Shown here: positions 19,092 to 30,181 of the stretch, piece by piece | How the letters are laid out: every line of letters starts with the position of its first letter | Numbering within the stretch: the stretch's first letter is position 1 | Source of the DNA: a plasmid | Length of the DNA stretch: 64,000 bases | NCBI RefSeq assembly: GCF_054482525.1 | Contig: NZ_JBTHVG010000004.1 | Reading direction: 5' to 3' (one strand) | Program-made: the position numbers and the translations under genes | The notes under the pieces: generated by a model | What the model saw: only the letters and a program-made list of their open reading frames with translations | The model's database searches: none | What the model was told of the DNA's origin: nothing

Positions 19092-19343
19092 TCAATGAAG
19101 CGTATCTGGTATTGTTTCATTTTCCCTGAAGCCGATTAGCTCCAGCCGAATGCCTTTGCCATCGGGGGCCACGTTCTGCATTTCGCAGATACCACGTCGG
19201 GTCATGAGTGTGAAGGCTGTCATTGCCAGCATGGCTAACGCGTTTTCCTCGCTTCCGCTGCGTTTCTCGAGAGCATCGGCAATTTCTTCTATGCTCCCCA
19301 CCTGAAAGCAAGAGTCGAATTCTTTACTCCACTTTTCTGACAT
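19092..19343 (-). CDS. hypothetical protein (83 aa)
   Basis: ORF only; no recognisable domain. Confidence 0.35.
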   Translation of the reverse strand: MSEKWSKEFDSCFQVGSIEEIADALEKRSGSEENALAMLAMTAFTLMTRRGICEMQNVAPDGKGIRLELIGFRENETIPDTLH

Positions 19344-19495
19344 CGGATTTTCTCTCTGTATTTATGGGTAGTTATCGAACTGAATGTGCCAGTTTTTTCA
19401 GGAGACGGCAAAGTTGAGATGATTGGTTCTGATTCAAAGCATGAGTTTCCCCGGTGTGACGGGCATGTCGGGCGGATTTTGAGAAACAACAGATG

Positions 19496-19530
19496 TAAAA
19501 AAACCGACTGGTGAGGTCGGTTTTTTTACT
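19496..19530. terminator. bidirectional terminator-like hairpin
   Basis: aaaaaaaccgac tggtgag gtcggttttttt: stem flanked by an A-run and a T-run. Confidence 0.5.
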
Positions 19531-19540
19531 GTTCCGTTAC

Positions 19541-19771
19541 AGAGTGGGTGGCTCTGGTCGGAAAAGAACTGTCTATAACTGACTTGTAGATAGTACGTCT
19601 GGAATTATATTTCTGCAAGTACTGGATAAGTGTATACTCGGCATGTCAGCTCTGAGGCATGTTCTGTCCGACATATTGTTCAGCGGGAAGAACAGGTTGC
19701 AAGTCCTGGCCAAAACATCAGGTGGTGCTGGTTTTGGTGCTCTGGTCGGAGAAGAACTGTCTATAACTGAC
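19541..19771. repeat. two copies of a 33 bp direct repeat (GCTCTGGTCGGARAAGAACTGTCTATAACTGAC) about 200 bp apart
   Basis: Copies at about 19541..19573 and 19739..19771 differ at one position. Confidence 0.5.
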
Positions 19772-20003
19772 ACTATAGAAACCGTTGTGACAGGCAGTGT
19801 AAGAGCGAACAACGGGGTTCTTTCTCCAGTGATGGAGAAGCGGATGATTAATCTGTTAATCATCGTTCTCAGGGCAGTAGTTGCCGTTGCAAACGCGCTG
19901 ATTGCTGTTCTGGAACTGATCCGGGAACTTATCGACTGATAAGCCTGGAAACGTAACTAAGGGCAGGGAGTTACCGCTTCCTGCCCTTTAACAAAAAGAG
20001 ATC

Positions 20004-20180
20004 TCACGTTAAAAATTTGTACCCTTCTTTAACTTCCAGTGCCTGCTCCTTTGACTCAAACATCAGTCTTGTTTTCCCGGGAACACCCCATGAAATGTAT
20101 TCAACATCTATCCACCATTTTCCATATTCTTCATATGGCTCGGATATTACTTTTTTGACAAAGGCGTCTACCAGATTCAT
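20004..20180 (-). CDS. small hypothetical protein (about 58 aa from the internal Met)
   Basis: AT-rich small ORF MNLVDAFVKKVISEPYEEYGKWWIDVEY...; weak evidence. Confidence 0.3.
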   Translation of the reverse strand: MNLVDAFVKKVISEPYEEYGKWWIDVEYISWGVPGKTRLMFESKEQALEVKEGYKFLT

Positions 20181-20565
20181 TGTTTTTTCCTTTTTGTGTT
20201 GAAAATAATTAATGCCAGAGCACAGCGAAAATAATGAATGCGCTGGCTGTGATAATTGCGATTTTCTCCCATATGATATTTTTCTCATGGGGGTTTCTAC
20301 GGAGATTATTTCTTCGCATTGAGATACCGGTATTCATGTTTTATCTTGGATTTTTGTTTTGTTGTCTGTCTGGCAGGCTGTTCTGCGCCCGTTTGTGACA
20401 AGGTTAGCTTATGGGGTTAAATGGTCACGGACATCATGCGGACGGTTCCCTGTCACATGCCATCTGGTTTTTTCATTCAAATTGAGAGATATTGCTAAGT
20501 TGAGTCGCTTGCGATAGTGGACTCCTGTTTGCAAGTGAGTGCCATTGTTTATTTCATGAAGAGGA

Positions 20566-20781
20566 TTGATTATGAGCATGCCTCCTGCGATAGCTAATAC
20601 TTTCTTGTTTGAAATGATGAAGAGTAAATCAAAAGACGTTACACTTGCTGCGATCTATGCATTAGGTGAAGGCCGGTGTCAGGCGGAGAACATTACTCGT
20701 GAATTACATAGATTGAGTCAAAGTGATGATATGGAAATAAAAATTGCTGCGATTAAAGCACTTGGTCGAATTTATCGGTAA
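20566..20781 (+). CDS. small hypothetical protein with HEAT/PBS-like repeat signature
   Basis: AAIYALGEGR...IKIAAIKALGRIY resembles two short HEAT-type repeats; weak evidence. Confidence 0.3.
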   Translation: MIMSMPPAIANTFLFEMMKSKSKDVTLAAIYALGEGRCQAENITRELHRLSQSDDMEIKIAAIKALGRIYR

Positions 20782-20852
20782 CGGCATAAGTTATCTGTTG
20801 TAATGAACAAAAGCCGGCTCATTTGAACCGGCTGTTATGGAGGGAGCTTATC

Positions 20853-21515
20853 TTAAAATACTTCGGCTACAGGTATGCCTGCAATCTGCTCCCACTCCTT
20901 ACGCTTTTCCTGAATCAGGCGAGGAAAGTCGACAGGGTAATCATATCCTCGACTTGCCATCGCGTGCATGGTGTTTGATGCGGTTTCTGGATGAGTACAC
21001 CATGATGGAATAGGAACCATTGGCAGGTTGATGTATTTCGTATGAATTTCCAGTGTTTTGTCGTCTGTTACAGTACGAGTGAAATTATGAATGTCAAAAC
21101 CGATAACATCCATAATGTTGCCTGGATAAATACGGACATACAACATTGTGCCATTTTTAAGGTCAATACCGAAATAAGCTCCCTGAGTTAAAGATAATCC
21201 TTCATACCCCTTCTCTGGAGAGTAGAAGCCTGACTCTTTTATTGTTTGTACAACTTTTCTTATTTTTTCTCTCCTTGTTTTTGCACGTGAGTACATCCAT
21301 ATGCCTGGCGCAAGTAATAAGAACCAACTACCAAAAGTGACAACATAATCTTCGACCTTATTTCCGAAATAACGATCAGAACATAGCATTTCGGTAAAGC
21401 CTAATGCGCAGAACAGAAAAAAAGGTATTCCAAGAAAGAAATAAGCTTTTCTTAATACATAATAAAATAGCCACCAGGTTGGAAATCTGTCTGTTGTTTC
21501 TTTTTTAGCTTTCAT
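20853..21515 (-). CDS. excA: ExcA entry-exclusion membrane protein
   Basis: 220 aa with hydrophobic N-terminus, immediately downstream of traY as in R64. Confidence 0.7.
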   Translation of the reverse strand: MKAKKETTDRFPTWWLFYYVLRKAYFFLGIPFFLFCALGFTEMLCSDRYFGNKVEDYVVTFGSWFLLLAPGIWMYSRAKTRREKIRKVVQTIKESGFYSPEKGYEGLSLTQGAYFGIDLKNGTMLYVRIYPGNIMDVIGFDIHNFTRTVTDDKTLEIHTKYINLPMVPIPSWCTHPETASNTMHAMASRGYDYPVDFPRLIQEKRKEWEQIAGIPVAEVF

Positions 21516-21585
21516 ATAATGCCTCCCCTCGTACTATCTATTATTTTAATGCCGATGGGGAGGTTGTGCAATATTTATATTGATA

Positions 21586-23823
21586 TTATCCTTTTATTCC
21601 GTCCTTGTCGTCACTTCCTTTTGTATTATCTTTAAGACGATCTGTTTTCATTCCAGGAGTATGTCGGATATTGCGACTTCCTCCAATAAATATTTCTTTA
21701 ACAGAATTTGCCATGCTGCCAAGCGTGTTGGCTCCATCACGTCCCCCTAGGAAGTTAATAACATGATCAGGTAGGTAGGCCTGAAGGGCAAATATGGCAG
21801 CTACAGTGGTTGTACAAATTCTGGCGTATATCAGCAAGAAACCAGCAAGACTGAAAATACCGGTCAGCGAATTGAACTGTACGTTAACCAGGGCAGCGCC
21901 AAATAATGCATTCAGTATTGTGCCTACGGCGATGATGGCTACAGAAGCAAAGAAAAAACCAAAGACCATGATGGGCGGCCTTATCATACTATCAATTAAG
22001 TATATATAACCGTAGGCTGCCCGACTTCCTCTGTCTTCTGATGTCCCGAGATGTGTTGCAGCCCACAGCGGCCCGGCGGTACATCCTATTAATACGCTGA
22101 CTATCCAGTTCCCGATGCCTGTCATCCAGAAAATAAACGGAATGAATGGCAGGTAAATTGATAAGGAAAATCCAGCACAGAACATCAGGAACAAAAGAAA
22201 ATAAACAGGTGGTGCAAGTGCTTCAAACAGCGCGGTAAGCATCGAAGCGGCACCTGTTAGTGAGTTAAAGAATTTTACAAGAATTGAATCTTTGCCACCG
22301 GCAACGACAACTCTGGCCGTTGTATATATAGTCCAGATTCCTTCTGCACTTACCATTGTTATATCTCCGATATTTTTCATTTTTATCAGAGGATTAATTT
22401 GAGCACTGGTTGTGCCTGTGCCACTTGTTTCCGTTGCAATCCTGTTAGTGAGACTAACAAGGGGGCCCATAATTTCAGACAAGGCAGATTTCGGATCTTG
22501 TGCATTTGCCATGCGTTGTTCACTGGATGATACTACTGTGCCCAGCGGTGGCGTATAGGAGGAATTCTGCAGTTGCGTCCTATAGGCACTCATGACCGCA
22601 CTGAATAAGTCAGTATCACCAACTTCTCCCAGTGATGACATTGAAGTTACAGCTGGAGCTCTGTCAGCCAGCTCTGCCAGACGCTGGTTAGCAGTGGCAA
22701 AGGTCTGATACCATGCGCCAAGCGTTACCCACCCGTAGGTTGTGAGATAAGATTTAAGAGCCTCTTTTCTGGATTGCTCTCCGTTATCAGTGGGTAGCGA
22801 TTTTTGCACAGCACGTTCGTATTCGTCGGCTGCTTTCTGAATTCGTGTCTCGATATCCGGCAGTGTTCCGTTGCCAGAATTTCTTTTTTCCAGAAATGTT
22901 GTCACAAACTCACTGGCAGCGTTGTCCATGTCGCTAATCATATTATCCATGGCTGCACGTTGTGCTGAGATAACACCGCTGTATTCGTTTTTACTGAAGG
23001 GATTAAAGAATTTTCCAATCGTCGACTGATCTGTTGTTCCGTTCCCTTCTACTGACAGGCTGGCAGTACCACAGATACCGCTGCCATTGGATATTGTGAC
23101 AGTGTAATTACCACTGGCGGTTTTAGCTGATTCTGTCATCAGTGAAGTCGAGGATTTGGCCGTCTGATTAAAATCATTTAGCCCTGCGTTAACCGCATAC
23201 TTACACAGTTCCATTTCAAAAATGCCACGCGCTGCTGTTCGTGTGGATGCCTGAACTGGCTGTACAGTCATTGAATAACCATTTGCGATATTATCAGCGG
23301 CAACTTGCACCATCACATTGGCGGACCCAACCCCCATTATCGATGCGCCCCATAACATAATGAGCTGAGCGAGACTCCAGCCATTTCCGGTAGGAACGAT
23401 CATCAGAAAACCTGCGACGAAACTCAGTATGCCGACAATATCGCGCCCGACGCTGAATACCTGTCCCTGATGCCCCGAACGCACAACATGGCGGATACTA
23501 ATGAAGATACACCAGACGATAGCAAGTACGGCAATGATATTGTTGAACACCCAGAACATGCTTCCGATCAGGGTGGGGTCGCTGGTTGACAGTGGATTGG
23601 TGACCACATCACCGAATATCGTGACCAGCGCCTGGCGGGACAGATCGTCAGGATTGGTGGCGGCAGACACAATATCCTGATAGGTCACTGAAGCCATTGC
23701 CGGCAGTGAGGATATAGCAAGGCCTGCACAGAGTGCGCGAAGTAAAATTTTCACAGTAACTCCGGAATAGAATTGCGTATGGGCAAAGGCCACACAGGAT
23801 TTAATTAAGGGGGATGGCGACAT
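21586..23823 (-). CDS. traY: TraY polytopic inner-membrane protein (DotA-like)
   Basis: 745 aa with multiple transmembrane segments; position and size match R64 TraY. Confidence 0.8.
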   Translation of the reverse strand: MSPSPLIKSCVAFAHTQFYSGVTVKILLRALCAGLAISSLPAMASVTYQDIVSAATNPDDLSRQALVTIFGDVVTNPLSTSDPTLIGSMFWVFNNIIAVLAIVWCIFISIRHVVRSGHQGQVFSVGRDIVGILSFVAGFLMIVPTGNGWSLAQLIMLWGASIMGVGSANVMVQVAADNIANGYSMTVQPVQASTRTAARGIFEMELCKYAVNAGLNDFNQTAKSSTSLMTESAKTASGNYTVTISNGSGICGTASLSVEGNGTTDQSTIGKFFNPFSKNEYSGVISAQRAAMDNMISDMDNAASEFVTTFLEKRNSGNGTLPDIETRIQKAADEYERAVQKSLPTDNGEQSRKEALKSYLTTYGWVTLGAWYQTFATANQRLAELADRAPAVTSMSSLGEVGDTDLFSAVMSAYRTQLQNSSYTPPLGTVVSSSEQRMANAQDPKSALSEIMGPLVSLTNRIATETSGTGTTSAQINPLIKMKNIGDITMVSAEGIWTIYTTARVVVAGGKDSILVKFFNSLTGAASMLTALFEALAPPVYFLLFLMFCAGFSLSIYLPFIPFIFWMTGIGNWIVSVLIGCTAGPLWAATHLGTSEDRGSRAAYGYIYLIDSMIRPPIMVFGFFFASVAIIAVGTILNALFGAALVNVQFNSLTGIFSLAGFLLIYARICTTTVAAIFALQAYLPDHVINFLGGRDGANTLGSMANSVKEIFIGGSRNIRHTPGMKTDRLKDNTKGSDDKDGIKG

Positions 23824-23850
23824 GCCACTGGTACTGGCATCTGGACGTGA

Positions 23851-24435
23851 TCAGTATTGTTTACTGGTTACGGCAATTAATGTGGCATTGCGCCAGCCAT
23901 TGCGGTCGTTCAGAAAATCACGGAAAGTCCCCTGCTCGGGTTCGCTGACTTTTCGTTCATGCAACTGCCAGAGGCGGTATGTAACAATCAGTGCTCTGGA
24001 AGCACAAAGAGCGACGCCTGACAGTATCAACACAAGAGTGCTGATGGCGCGTACCAGAGTCGTAAGAGGTAATGAAGAGGCGGCAAAGAGCATACCACTG
24101 AGAAACAAAGCGATGGCCAGCAGACTCCAGCAACAGAATCGCCATACTGTTCTGCGCCGGCGGAAACGACGATCCAGATCGTCTACTGACATATGGCTGG
24201 CCTGCAGAGCTTCTTCCCACGTGAGGTGGAGTTGCGCCTTTTTATTATTTACCTGACGAAATCTGTCCAGCCTGCGTTTTTGTTGTTCCAGCATATGCTG
24301 TACAGAATTCGTTATCAGGCGAGTCTCCATCAGCGGAACAAAAATGTTAATAATCCTCCGGGTGGCTATGCGGGTTATGGATGGTGATTTTTTGACGTTT
24401 TTCGTCTGGTCTGAATTTTCCGGTAACTTATTCAT
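23851..24435 (-). CDS. traX: TraX membrane protein
   Basis: 194 aa; operon position. Confidence 0.65.
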   Translation of the reverse strand: MNKLPENSDQTKNVKKSPSITRIATRRIINIFVPLMETRLITNSVQHMLEQQKRRLDRFRQVNNKKAQLHLTWEEALQASHMSVDDLDRRFRRRRTVWRFCCWSLLAIALFLSGMLFAASSLPLTTLVRAISTLVLILSGVALCASRALIVTYRLWQLHERKVSEPEQGTFRDFLNDRNGWRNATLIAVTSKQY

Positions 24436-24463
24436 TTTTTCAGTCCTGTTCTGACGTCAGCTT

Positions 24464-25666
24464 TCAACGTGCGTTTGCCTGATTGATTGTTTTCTCAAGG
24501 CTACCGAGTTGTTTTTCATAATACTGGCGGGCAGTCAGAGCCAGTTGCTGGCCAGAGATAACATTACCCTGGCGGATCTGTTCTTTCAGATCGTTCAGCT
24601 GCCAGTTCATTTGCGCAGTGATTCTTACCAGTTCACGGAGCAGGTTATCCCCCTGCATTTCCTGTAAATCCACCAGGTATGCTGTGTTGGCGTAGCGCCG
24701 GCCAGCCTCAAAAGCTTCAAACTCACGGGTACTCATATATCCCCGTGCTTTTGCTTCTGGTGAAGCCACCTGGTCGAAGTAAGCGGCCGCTGAGTCTGAC
24801 TGCAGTGTTTCAGCCAGTGCTTTACGTGTGCTTTCATTAGGCGTGCTGTCAGCAATCAACGTCAGTTGGGGATTCGACGCAGAATCAATGATGCCGTTGT
24901 ATTCGTTCTGGAGTCCGACGTAGGTTCGCCCACTCTGGGTATTCACTTCTCCTTTACCCAGAGCACGACCGGCAGAGGGGCGGGAAGTGTTTTTCATGTA
25001 AGCCGTCGCTGCATCTATTTGCTTCTGATCCCATGTCAGTGCCGCAGGTGTGTCCGCTGTACCTGCGCCGTGGTAAATCGAGCGTACCTGACTGTCTCCA
25101 CCTGGTATTTCGCCCACAGAAGGACAAACGGCGGTTCCTCCAAAACGTGCATATTCTGCTTCTGTACAGTAACTGGCGTGTATGGCCGCGCCATCATAAG
25201 CTTCCCGCACGGGAGAGTTTGCTGCGCTGGCCAGACGGTCGCGGATGCTACGGTTGCTCACACCGCCACCTTTACTGAGTTTTGAGGCTGCGGATGCTGA
25301 GGCACTTTTGCTTTCTGTTGCAATCCCTGATGCGGATTCACTGCAGATGGAGTCTGGCACGGTGAAGCTTTTCCGTGCCTCCTCGAGGCGCTGAGTTTCA
25401 TTACTGAAAATCATCTGCTGACGTGTCGCCTGTCCGTTCTGGGCAATGACACTTGCCAGCTTTTCAGAGTTCTGATTGATAGCGGTACCCGTGGCTGTCT
25501 GGGTACTCAGTATGTCACTCAGCACACCTTTGATGGCCTCCATTCTGGGGACGACCTGCTGTTCAACGGGACGGCTGGCGACGACGGTGACTGAATAAGC
25601 ATGAGCCTGGTATGCCGTTCCATTCAGGATAGCTATAAGGGCTGCGAGTAATGTTTTTCTTTGCAT
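24464..25666 (-). CDS. traW: TraW lipoprotein
   Basis: 400 aa with signal peptide; operon position. Confidence 0.7.
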   Translation of the reverse strand: MQRKTLLAALIAILNGTAYQAHAYSVTVVASRPVEQQVVPRMEAIKGVLSDILSTQTATGTAINQNSEKLASVIAQNGQATRQQMIFSNETQRLEEARKSFTVPDSICSESASGIATESKSASASAASKLSKGGGVSNRSIRDRLASAANSPVREAYDGAAIHASYCTEAEYARFGGTAVCPSVGEIPGGDSQVRSIYHGAGTADTPAALTWDQKQIDAATAYMKNTSRPSAGRALGKGEVNTQSGRTYVGLQNEYNGIIDSASNPQLTLIADSTPNESTRKALAETLQSDSAAAYFDQVASPEAKARGYMSTREFEAFEAGRRYANTAYLVDLQEMQGDNLLRELVRITAQMNWQLNDLKEQIRQGNVISGQQLALTARQYYEKQLGSLEKTINQANAR

Positions 25667-26247
25667 TTTATTGTCTCCTGCTCGGGGTGGAGCACAAGGT
25701 CAGGAAGGCTGTCGTATTTTCTGTCTTCAGGTAGTGGGGCCAGTGGGAAACACTGATATCGCCTGGTGATATAACCTTTCCTGTTCCGGTTATCGATGAT
25801 GCTGAAAGAACGACGTCTGACGCGCCGTAAGGTGGAAGGGTCAGTATCCATTACAGGCCAGTCACCGGCACTCAGTGCCGGCGTTCCGGGAACGGATGGC
25901 CATAACCAGGTATCATCGGACATCAGCGAAGCCAGCGGTGAAGGGAGTATCCACTGGATGACATGCTGAACGTCGAATGGTGCTTCATCCGGGACAGAAA
26001 CCTGCCATATTGCCGTTGTTATCAGCTCATCTGTGCTGGACGGCAACAACAGCCGCATGCCTGTAACCTTTCCCTGTGTTCTGGCATCCGAGGCGTATAT
26101 CACTCTGGGATTGGGGGCCGGATGTAACCTGAAGACACGTGACGGCAGAGTGAATGAGAAACTGTCACCTTTTACCTCAAGTTTTTTAAGAAATACCTGC
26201 CCTCTGGCAGGTCTCCGGCAGCGTGGGGTGATATGAATTGTACACAT
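25633..26247 (-). CDS. traV: TraV
   Basis: 204 aa ORF overlapping the traW start; operon position. Confidence 0.6.
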   Translation of the reverse strand: MCTIHITPRCRRPARGQVFLKKLEVKGDSFSFTLPSRVFRLHPAPNPRVIYASDARTQGKVTGMRLLLPSSTDELITTAIWQVSVPDEAPFDVQHVIQWILPSPLASLMSDDTWLWPSVPGTPALSAGDWPVMDTDPSTLRRVRRRSFSIIDNRNRKGYITRRYQCFPLAPLPEDRKYDSLPDLVLHPEQETIKCKEKHYSQPL

Positions 26248-29200
26248 CAGAGATTGTATCCCTGTTTTCGGATGAGCTCCGAGGCCAGTTCTTCAATAAC
26301 ATTGTCACTGTTATGTTGGCCCGCCCGGTGCTCAATTAATGACGTTGCAGAACCTCTGGGGAAGTTTTCGGCCAGAATCTTACGTGCCCGAACTGAACCT
26401 AACTTATTTGTCAGTGTTTTACGCAGGGCACTGTCTTTTGGCGATGAGTTCAGCGCCCATAGCTCCAGTGGACCGACGGTAAATTTGAGTATTCTCGCAA
26501 GCGTGCCACTTTTTACCCTGAATACTCCCAGAACAGGAACACCACTACCATCTGGTGCCGGGCCTTCCGGCATTTTCAGGAAGCGTTTCAGCATAAATTC
26601 AGGCACGTTGAAGTTATCCCTCAGTACGGGGATATCTTCGGGTTTGTAGCGCAGTAACCAGAGAGTATTTGCTGACTTAAGAACGCTTTCCGGGTAGTCC
26701 CTCAGATACTGCGTACTCAGAACCGTGCGGATAGCAAACTTGCGTTGCTCACGCTCCTGGGTATCCAGATTTTCCCAGATGAAGTCAATGCCCCGGGCGT
26801 TATGCAGTTCATCATAAACTTTTGTCTTAACCTCCTGATCAAGTTGGTTAATACGTTTAAGAGCGATTTCATGGTATTCCCGTGGAAGCTGCTTTAACAC
26901 TTCATCCCTGTATTGTGGCAGGGTGAAGTCACCACCGGCGATCTGACCTGCAAGCAGGTACATGATGCCGGTTTTAAGCCTGCCTGCAGGCGTTTTGTCA
27001 CCGGCAACATTATTCAGATCGACAGCGATGACCCGGGTTTCCGGGTTGATCATAAACCGGGTATACCCGGATATCATGGGGTAGTCGTTATGTCCCTGCT
27101 CGAGAGCGCGGCGGATGTAGTCCAGCAGAAGTTCGTTTGAACCATCACGCTGAACAGTACCGAAAACATCCCTGAGACTGGTATGGCCCAGCATCGAGGA
27201 CACTTCGGGAAGCTGGGGCATTGCCTGATAATGTGCCCGCTGAGCCGCCATGATATACCCGGCATTGTGGAGCATATCCCGGACTTCGAACCAGGTTGAT
27301 CTGGCCCACCAGGCTGCATCATGTTTTTCATACAGTCCCGAGTCCTGCAGTGCTGAATCCACCAGTTCTTCCGTTGAGGCGCGATAAAGTCGCGGATTAT
27401 TTTCACCGTACTCTTTAAAAGCCAGCTCGATAAGCTGGTTGATAATTTGTCGGGTGTCTCCGGGGTTACAGGGTTGACCGGTACCGGTATCGACACAGAG
27501 AGCACACAGCACAGATGACATGAAATTCTTTTCCGGCGTAATAGGCTTTTTAGCGCCGTACATCACGTCAAAAAGGTTACGGGTGTATTCCGGATCATTG
27601 CTCAGAATAATACCGACAGCTTCGTCTTTTCTTTCCGGAGGAAGACTGTCGCGAATAAGCTGAACCAGTCCCTGAGCACTGTATCCCTTATCGATATAGG
27701 CAATGAAGGGCAGGTTTTTCTGAGCAGATGATATCTGTATTTCCGACAACGTATTAATCAGAACTGATTTACCCAGTCCCGGATCGCCTGGTGCCAGTTC
27801 TGTATGTTTATTTTGTTGGGATGACGCCAGACCAACCTCAAATGCGGAACCGTCTTCTGTATGTAACATCAGATTCCCTTTGCCTCGCCAGACAGAGCCT
27901 GCCCTGTTAAGCGGGAAAAGCGAGATGGCATGTGACAACGGGGGATACAGGGGAACCGGGCCGGAGCCTCCGGATGCCGCGAGAATGGTATTCACCCAGG
28001 CGCGTCGGGGATCGCCAAATGTTGTCGTGGTGCCACATACGCCCCAGCCTTCAATGGCCGATTTCAGAATGGCCTGGTTTCGTGTGCATATTTCACGTGT
28101 TTTTCCCCACGTGGAGGCCATGATGGTCATTATGCAGACAGGTTCTTTTTCATCCGTTGCAGCCAGGGTCATAACGGATTCATACATTGGACGAACGGCA
28201 GAAATGAAGCTGCTGTAAGTCAGAAGCGTTTTCTTCAGATTAAGAGCCTTCATCCCGCCGGGCATCAGATCCATTCTGATGCGCCAGGGGACTGCGCGGG
28301 GGACGGCACGGACCAGTTCGTTAAACGTCTGCAGATTTTGCGGAGGTAAAGTAATCGATACCATTCCGTGCCAGAGTCCGCCCGCCTGAACCAGGTTGCC
28401 CTGTGTGGTCACCTGAGTGTTGAATAACTGCAAATGCAATGAAGGAGCATGTAGTACGGATTCATCGTCAGTCCAGCGATATCCCGCTGGCTGGGCATCT
28501 TCAGGCAGGTGGGGTTGCCAGTTACGCGGTGTGCTGTGCCGTTCTGTCTGACGACGTATTTCACGCCCGACCTCGTGTATATCCAGTAGCCGGAGAATCA
28601 GGCCATCAGATGAATGTCTCAGTGCCTGTTCCACATTATCAAGAAAAGCTTCGTGGCGGATTTTCAGTGCAGATAAGGCCCACTGCCAGGGGGACTGGGC
28701 AAAGCGTGCTTTCGGTACCCGTTCAGCCAGTCTTCTGACAAGCTCATCATGGGCGGTGCGATCGCTGTTGCTGATAAGGTCGGGTCCACTCCAGATCGCC
28801 AGCCAGCAACGCTCCCGGACCAGCCATGGGGACAGTGTTGTGACTTTCTCATCGACCACATCCTGTAACTGGATACCTGTATTAGCCAGTGAGCGCTTTT
28901 GTGGGGCGACCATGTCTTCGATTTCTTCTTTCCCCATGTCAGGATCACGCTCAAAAACGAAGCTGATTTTATGACCGCTGTTTTTATATGCCGTATTCAG
29001 GCTGTCACTCATGCTGGTGATCAGCGATTCCAGTGAACCTGGGCCAGTCTGGTCGGATGCTTCATCCATTTCCCTGAAAGCACCGCTGACTTCAAAGACA
29101 GAGAGATATTCTCCACGCTTTGTGGCTGCAATATAGGGCGAATTCAGCCATGGGCGGCGTTCACGATCCTGTCTGTCCAGACCAATTACAGTACGTAAAT

Positions 29201-29291
29201 CGCAATATTCAACAAAACTGCTTGCGACAGAGAAACGGGATAGCGTGTTCAGACAGTCTTCGATAGTGAAGATTAAACGGTTTATGTTCAT
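26247..29291 (-). CDS. traU: TraU ATPase (DotO/IcmB, VirB4-like)
   Basis: 1014 aa from the internal Met (MNINRLIFTIED...); Walker A GDPGLGKSV; the extended ORF start to 29384 would overlap traT. Confidence 0.8.
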   Translation of the reverse strand: MNINRLIFTIEDCLNTLSRFSVASSFVEYCDLRTVIGLDRQDRERRPWLNSPYIAATKRGEYLSVFEVSGAFREMDEASDQTGPGSLESLITSMSDSLNTAYKNSGHKISFVFERDPDMGKEEIEDMVAPQKRSLANTGIQLQDVVDEKVTTLSPWLVRERCWLAIWSGPDLISNSDRTAHDELVRRLAERVPKARFAQSPWQWALSALKIRHEAFLDNVEQALRHSSDGLILRLLDIHEVGREIRRQTERHSTPRNWQPHLPEDAQPAGYRWTDDESVLHAPSLHLQLFNTQVTTQGNLVQAGGLWHGMVSITLPPQNLQTFNELVRAVPRAVPWRIRMDLMPGGMKALNLKKTLLTYSSFISAVRPMYESVMTLAATDEKEPVCIMTIMASTWGKTREICTRNQAILKSAIEGWGVCGTTTTFGDPRRAWVNTILAASGGSGPVPLYPPLSHAISLFPLNRAGSVWRGKGNLMLHTEDGSAFEVGLASSQQNKHTELAPGDPGLGKSVLINTLSEIQISSAQKNLPFIAYIDKGYSAQGLVQLIRDSLPPERKDEAVGIILSNDPEYTRNLFDVMYGAKKPITPEKNFMSSVLCALCVDTGTGQPCNPGDTRQIINQLIELAFKEYGENNPRLYRASTEELVDSALQDSGLYEKHDAAWWARSTWFEVRDMLHNAGYIMAAQRAHYQAMPQLPEVSSMLGHTSLRDVFGTVQRDGSNELLLDYIRRALEQGHNDYPMISGYTRFMINPETRVIAVDLNNVAGDKTPAGRLKTGIMYLLAGQIAGGDFTLPQYRDEVLKQLPREYHEIALKRINQLDQEVKTKVYDELHNARGIDFIWENLDTQEREQRKFAIRTVLSTQYLRDYPESVLKSANTLWLLRYKPEDIPVLRDNFNVPEFMLKRFLKMPEGPAPDGSGVPVLGVFRVKSGTLARILKFTVGPLELWALNSSPKDSALRKTLTNKLGSVRARKILAENFPRGSATSLIEHRAGQHNSDNVIEELASELIRKQGYNL

Positions 29292-29380
29292 AGGTGAGGG
29301 AACTCCGGACTTACAGGAGGGAGGTTTGTGCAGTTTGATTTTTTTAATGCCACCCCGCGCTGGAGTGGCATGAAGAAAAA

Positions 29381-30181
29381 TCAATCAACGTATTCTTTTT
29401 TGATGAATGAATCTGGTGTCAGAATCAGGGCAATCCCGTTCATTTTTTCACGCAGGGGCGAACGACCGGAAGGTGGATAGCGACGAAAAACGTCAGCGAA
29501 ATCGGCCGGGCGGAAACTGCGGAATTTATCCTCAACCGCCAGTCTGTTTTGCATCAGTGCAGAGAGCGCTTCCCGTCCCCGCCGGACCCGGAACTTATCA
29601 TTACTGAAAACTTCCTGTAATGAACGGCGGTTAAGGGCCACGACTGTGGATGGATGAAGGTCGGGTAGCCACACCATAACGCCCTGTGCTGCGGCATAAC
29701 CATTCAGTGAATGCCAGGCGTGGCAGAAAGCACATAAGCTGTAAGGCGGGCCGTCTTCATGAAACAGTTCCTGCTCTTTCTCTGACAACGGCTCTGTACT
29801 GGTGATTTCAGCTTTCTGTACATGGCGGAGTGAAAGACGTCTGGCAGACAGACGGGCCTGCTCAAGCGCCCGTTCAGCGGCTTTTACTGCCGTGTTGTAC
29901 TTTTCCTTTTCGCCGGTTGCGACTGGTTCACCACGCCTGATTAACTTAACCAGATGTTCTGTGGCCTTATTAAGACGAACTCGTGTGTCACTGATTGTGT
30001 CGGTAAGCTGTCTGAGTGGCCATGAGTCATCCAGTCTGAAACGGTGCCTGACGTTTTGCCGGCAGCAGATACATCGACCGGGCGTTGTTAATTCCGGTTC
30101 CGGTAACAGTGGCTCCTGTGTATGAACCACATCAATTTCTGGAAAGGGATACAACCACAAGTTTTTAATGCTGTGTTGCAT
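29381..30181 (-). CDS. traT: TraT
   Basis: 266 aa; operon position. Confidence 0.65.
   Translation of the reverse strand: MQHSIKNLWLYPFPEIDVVHTQEPLLPEPELTTPGRCICCRQNVRHRFRLDDSWPLRQLTDTISDTRVRLNKATEHLVKLIRRGEPVATGEKEKYNTAVKAAERALEQARLSARRLSLRHVQKAEITSTEPLSEKEQELFHEDGPPYSLCAFCHAWHSLNGYAAAQGVMVWLPDLHPSTVVALNRRSLQEVFSNDKFRVRRGREALSALMQNRLAVEDKFRSFRPADFADVFRRYPPSGRSPLREKMNGIALILTPDSFIKKEYVD

Noticed and set aside
29292-29384. N-terminal extension of traU (listed 1045 aa ORF)
   Set aside because: The extension would overlap the traT stop; an internal Met gives a 1014 aa product, the TraU size I recall for R64.
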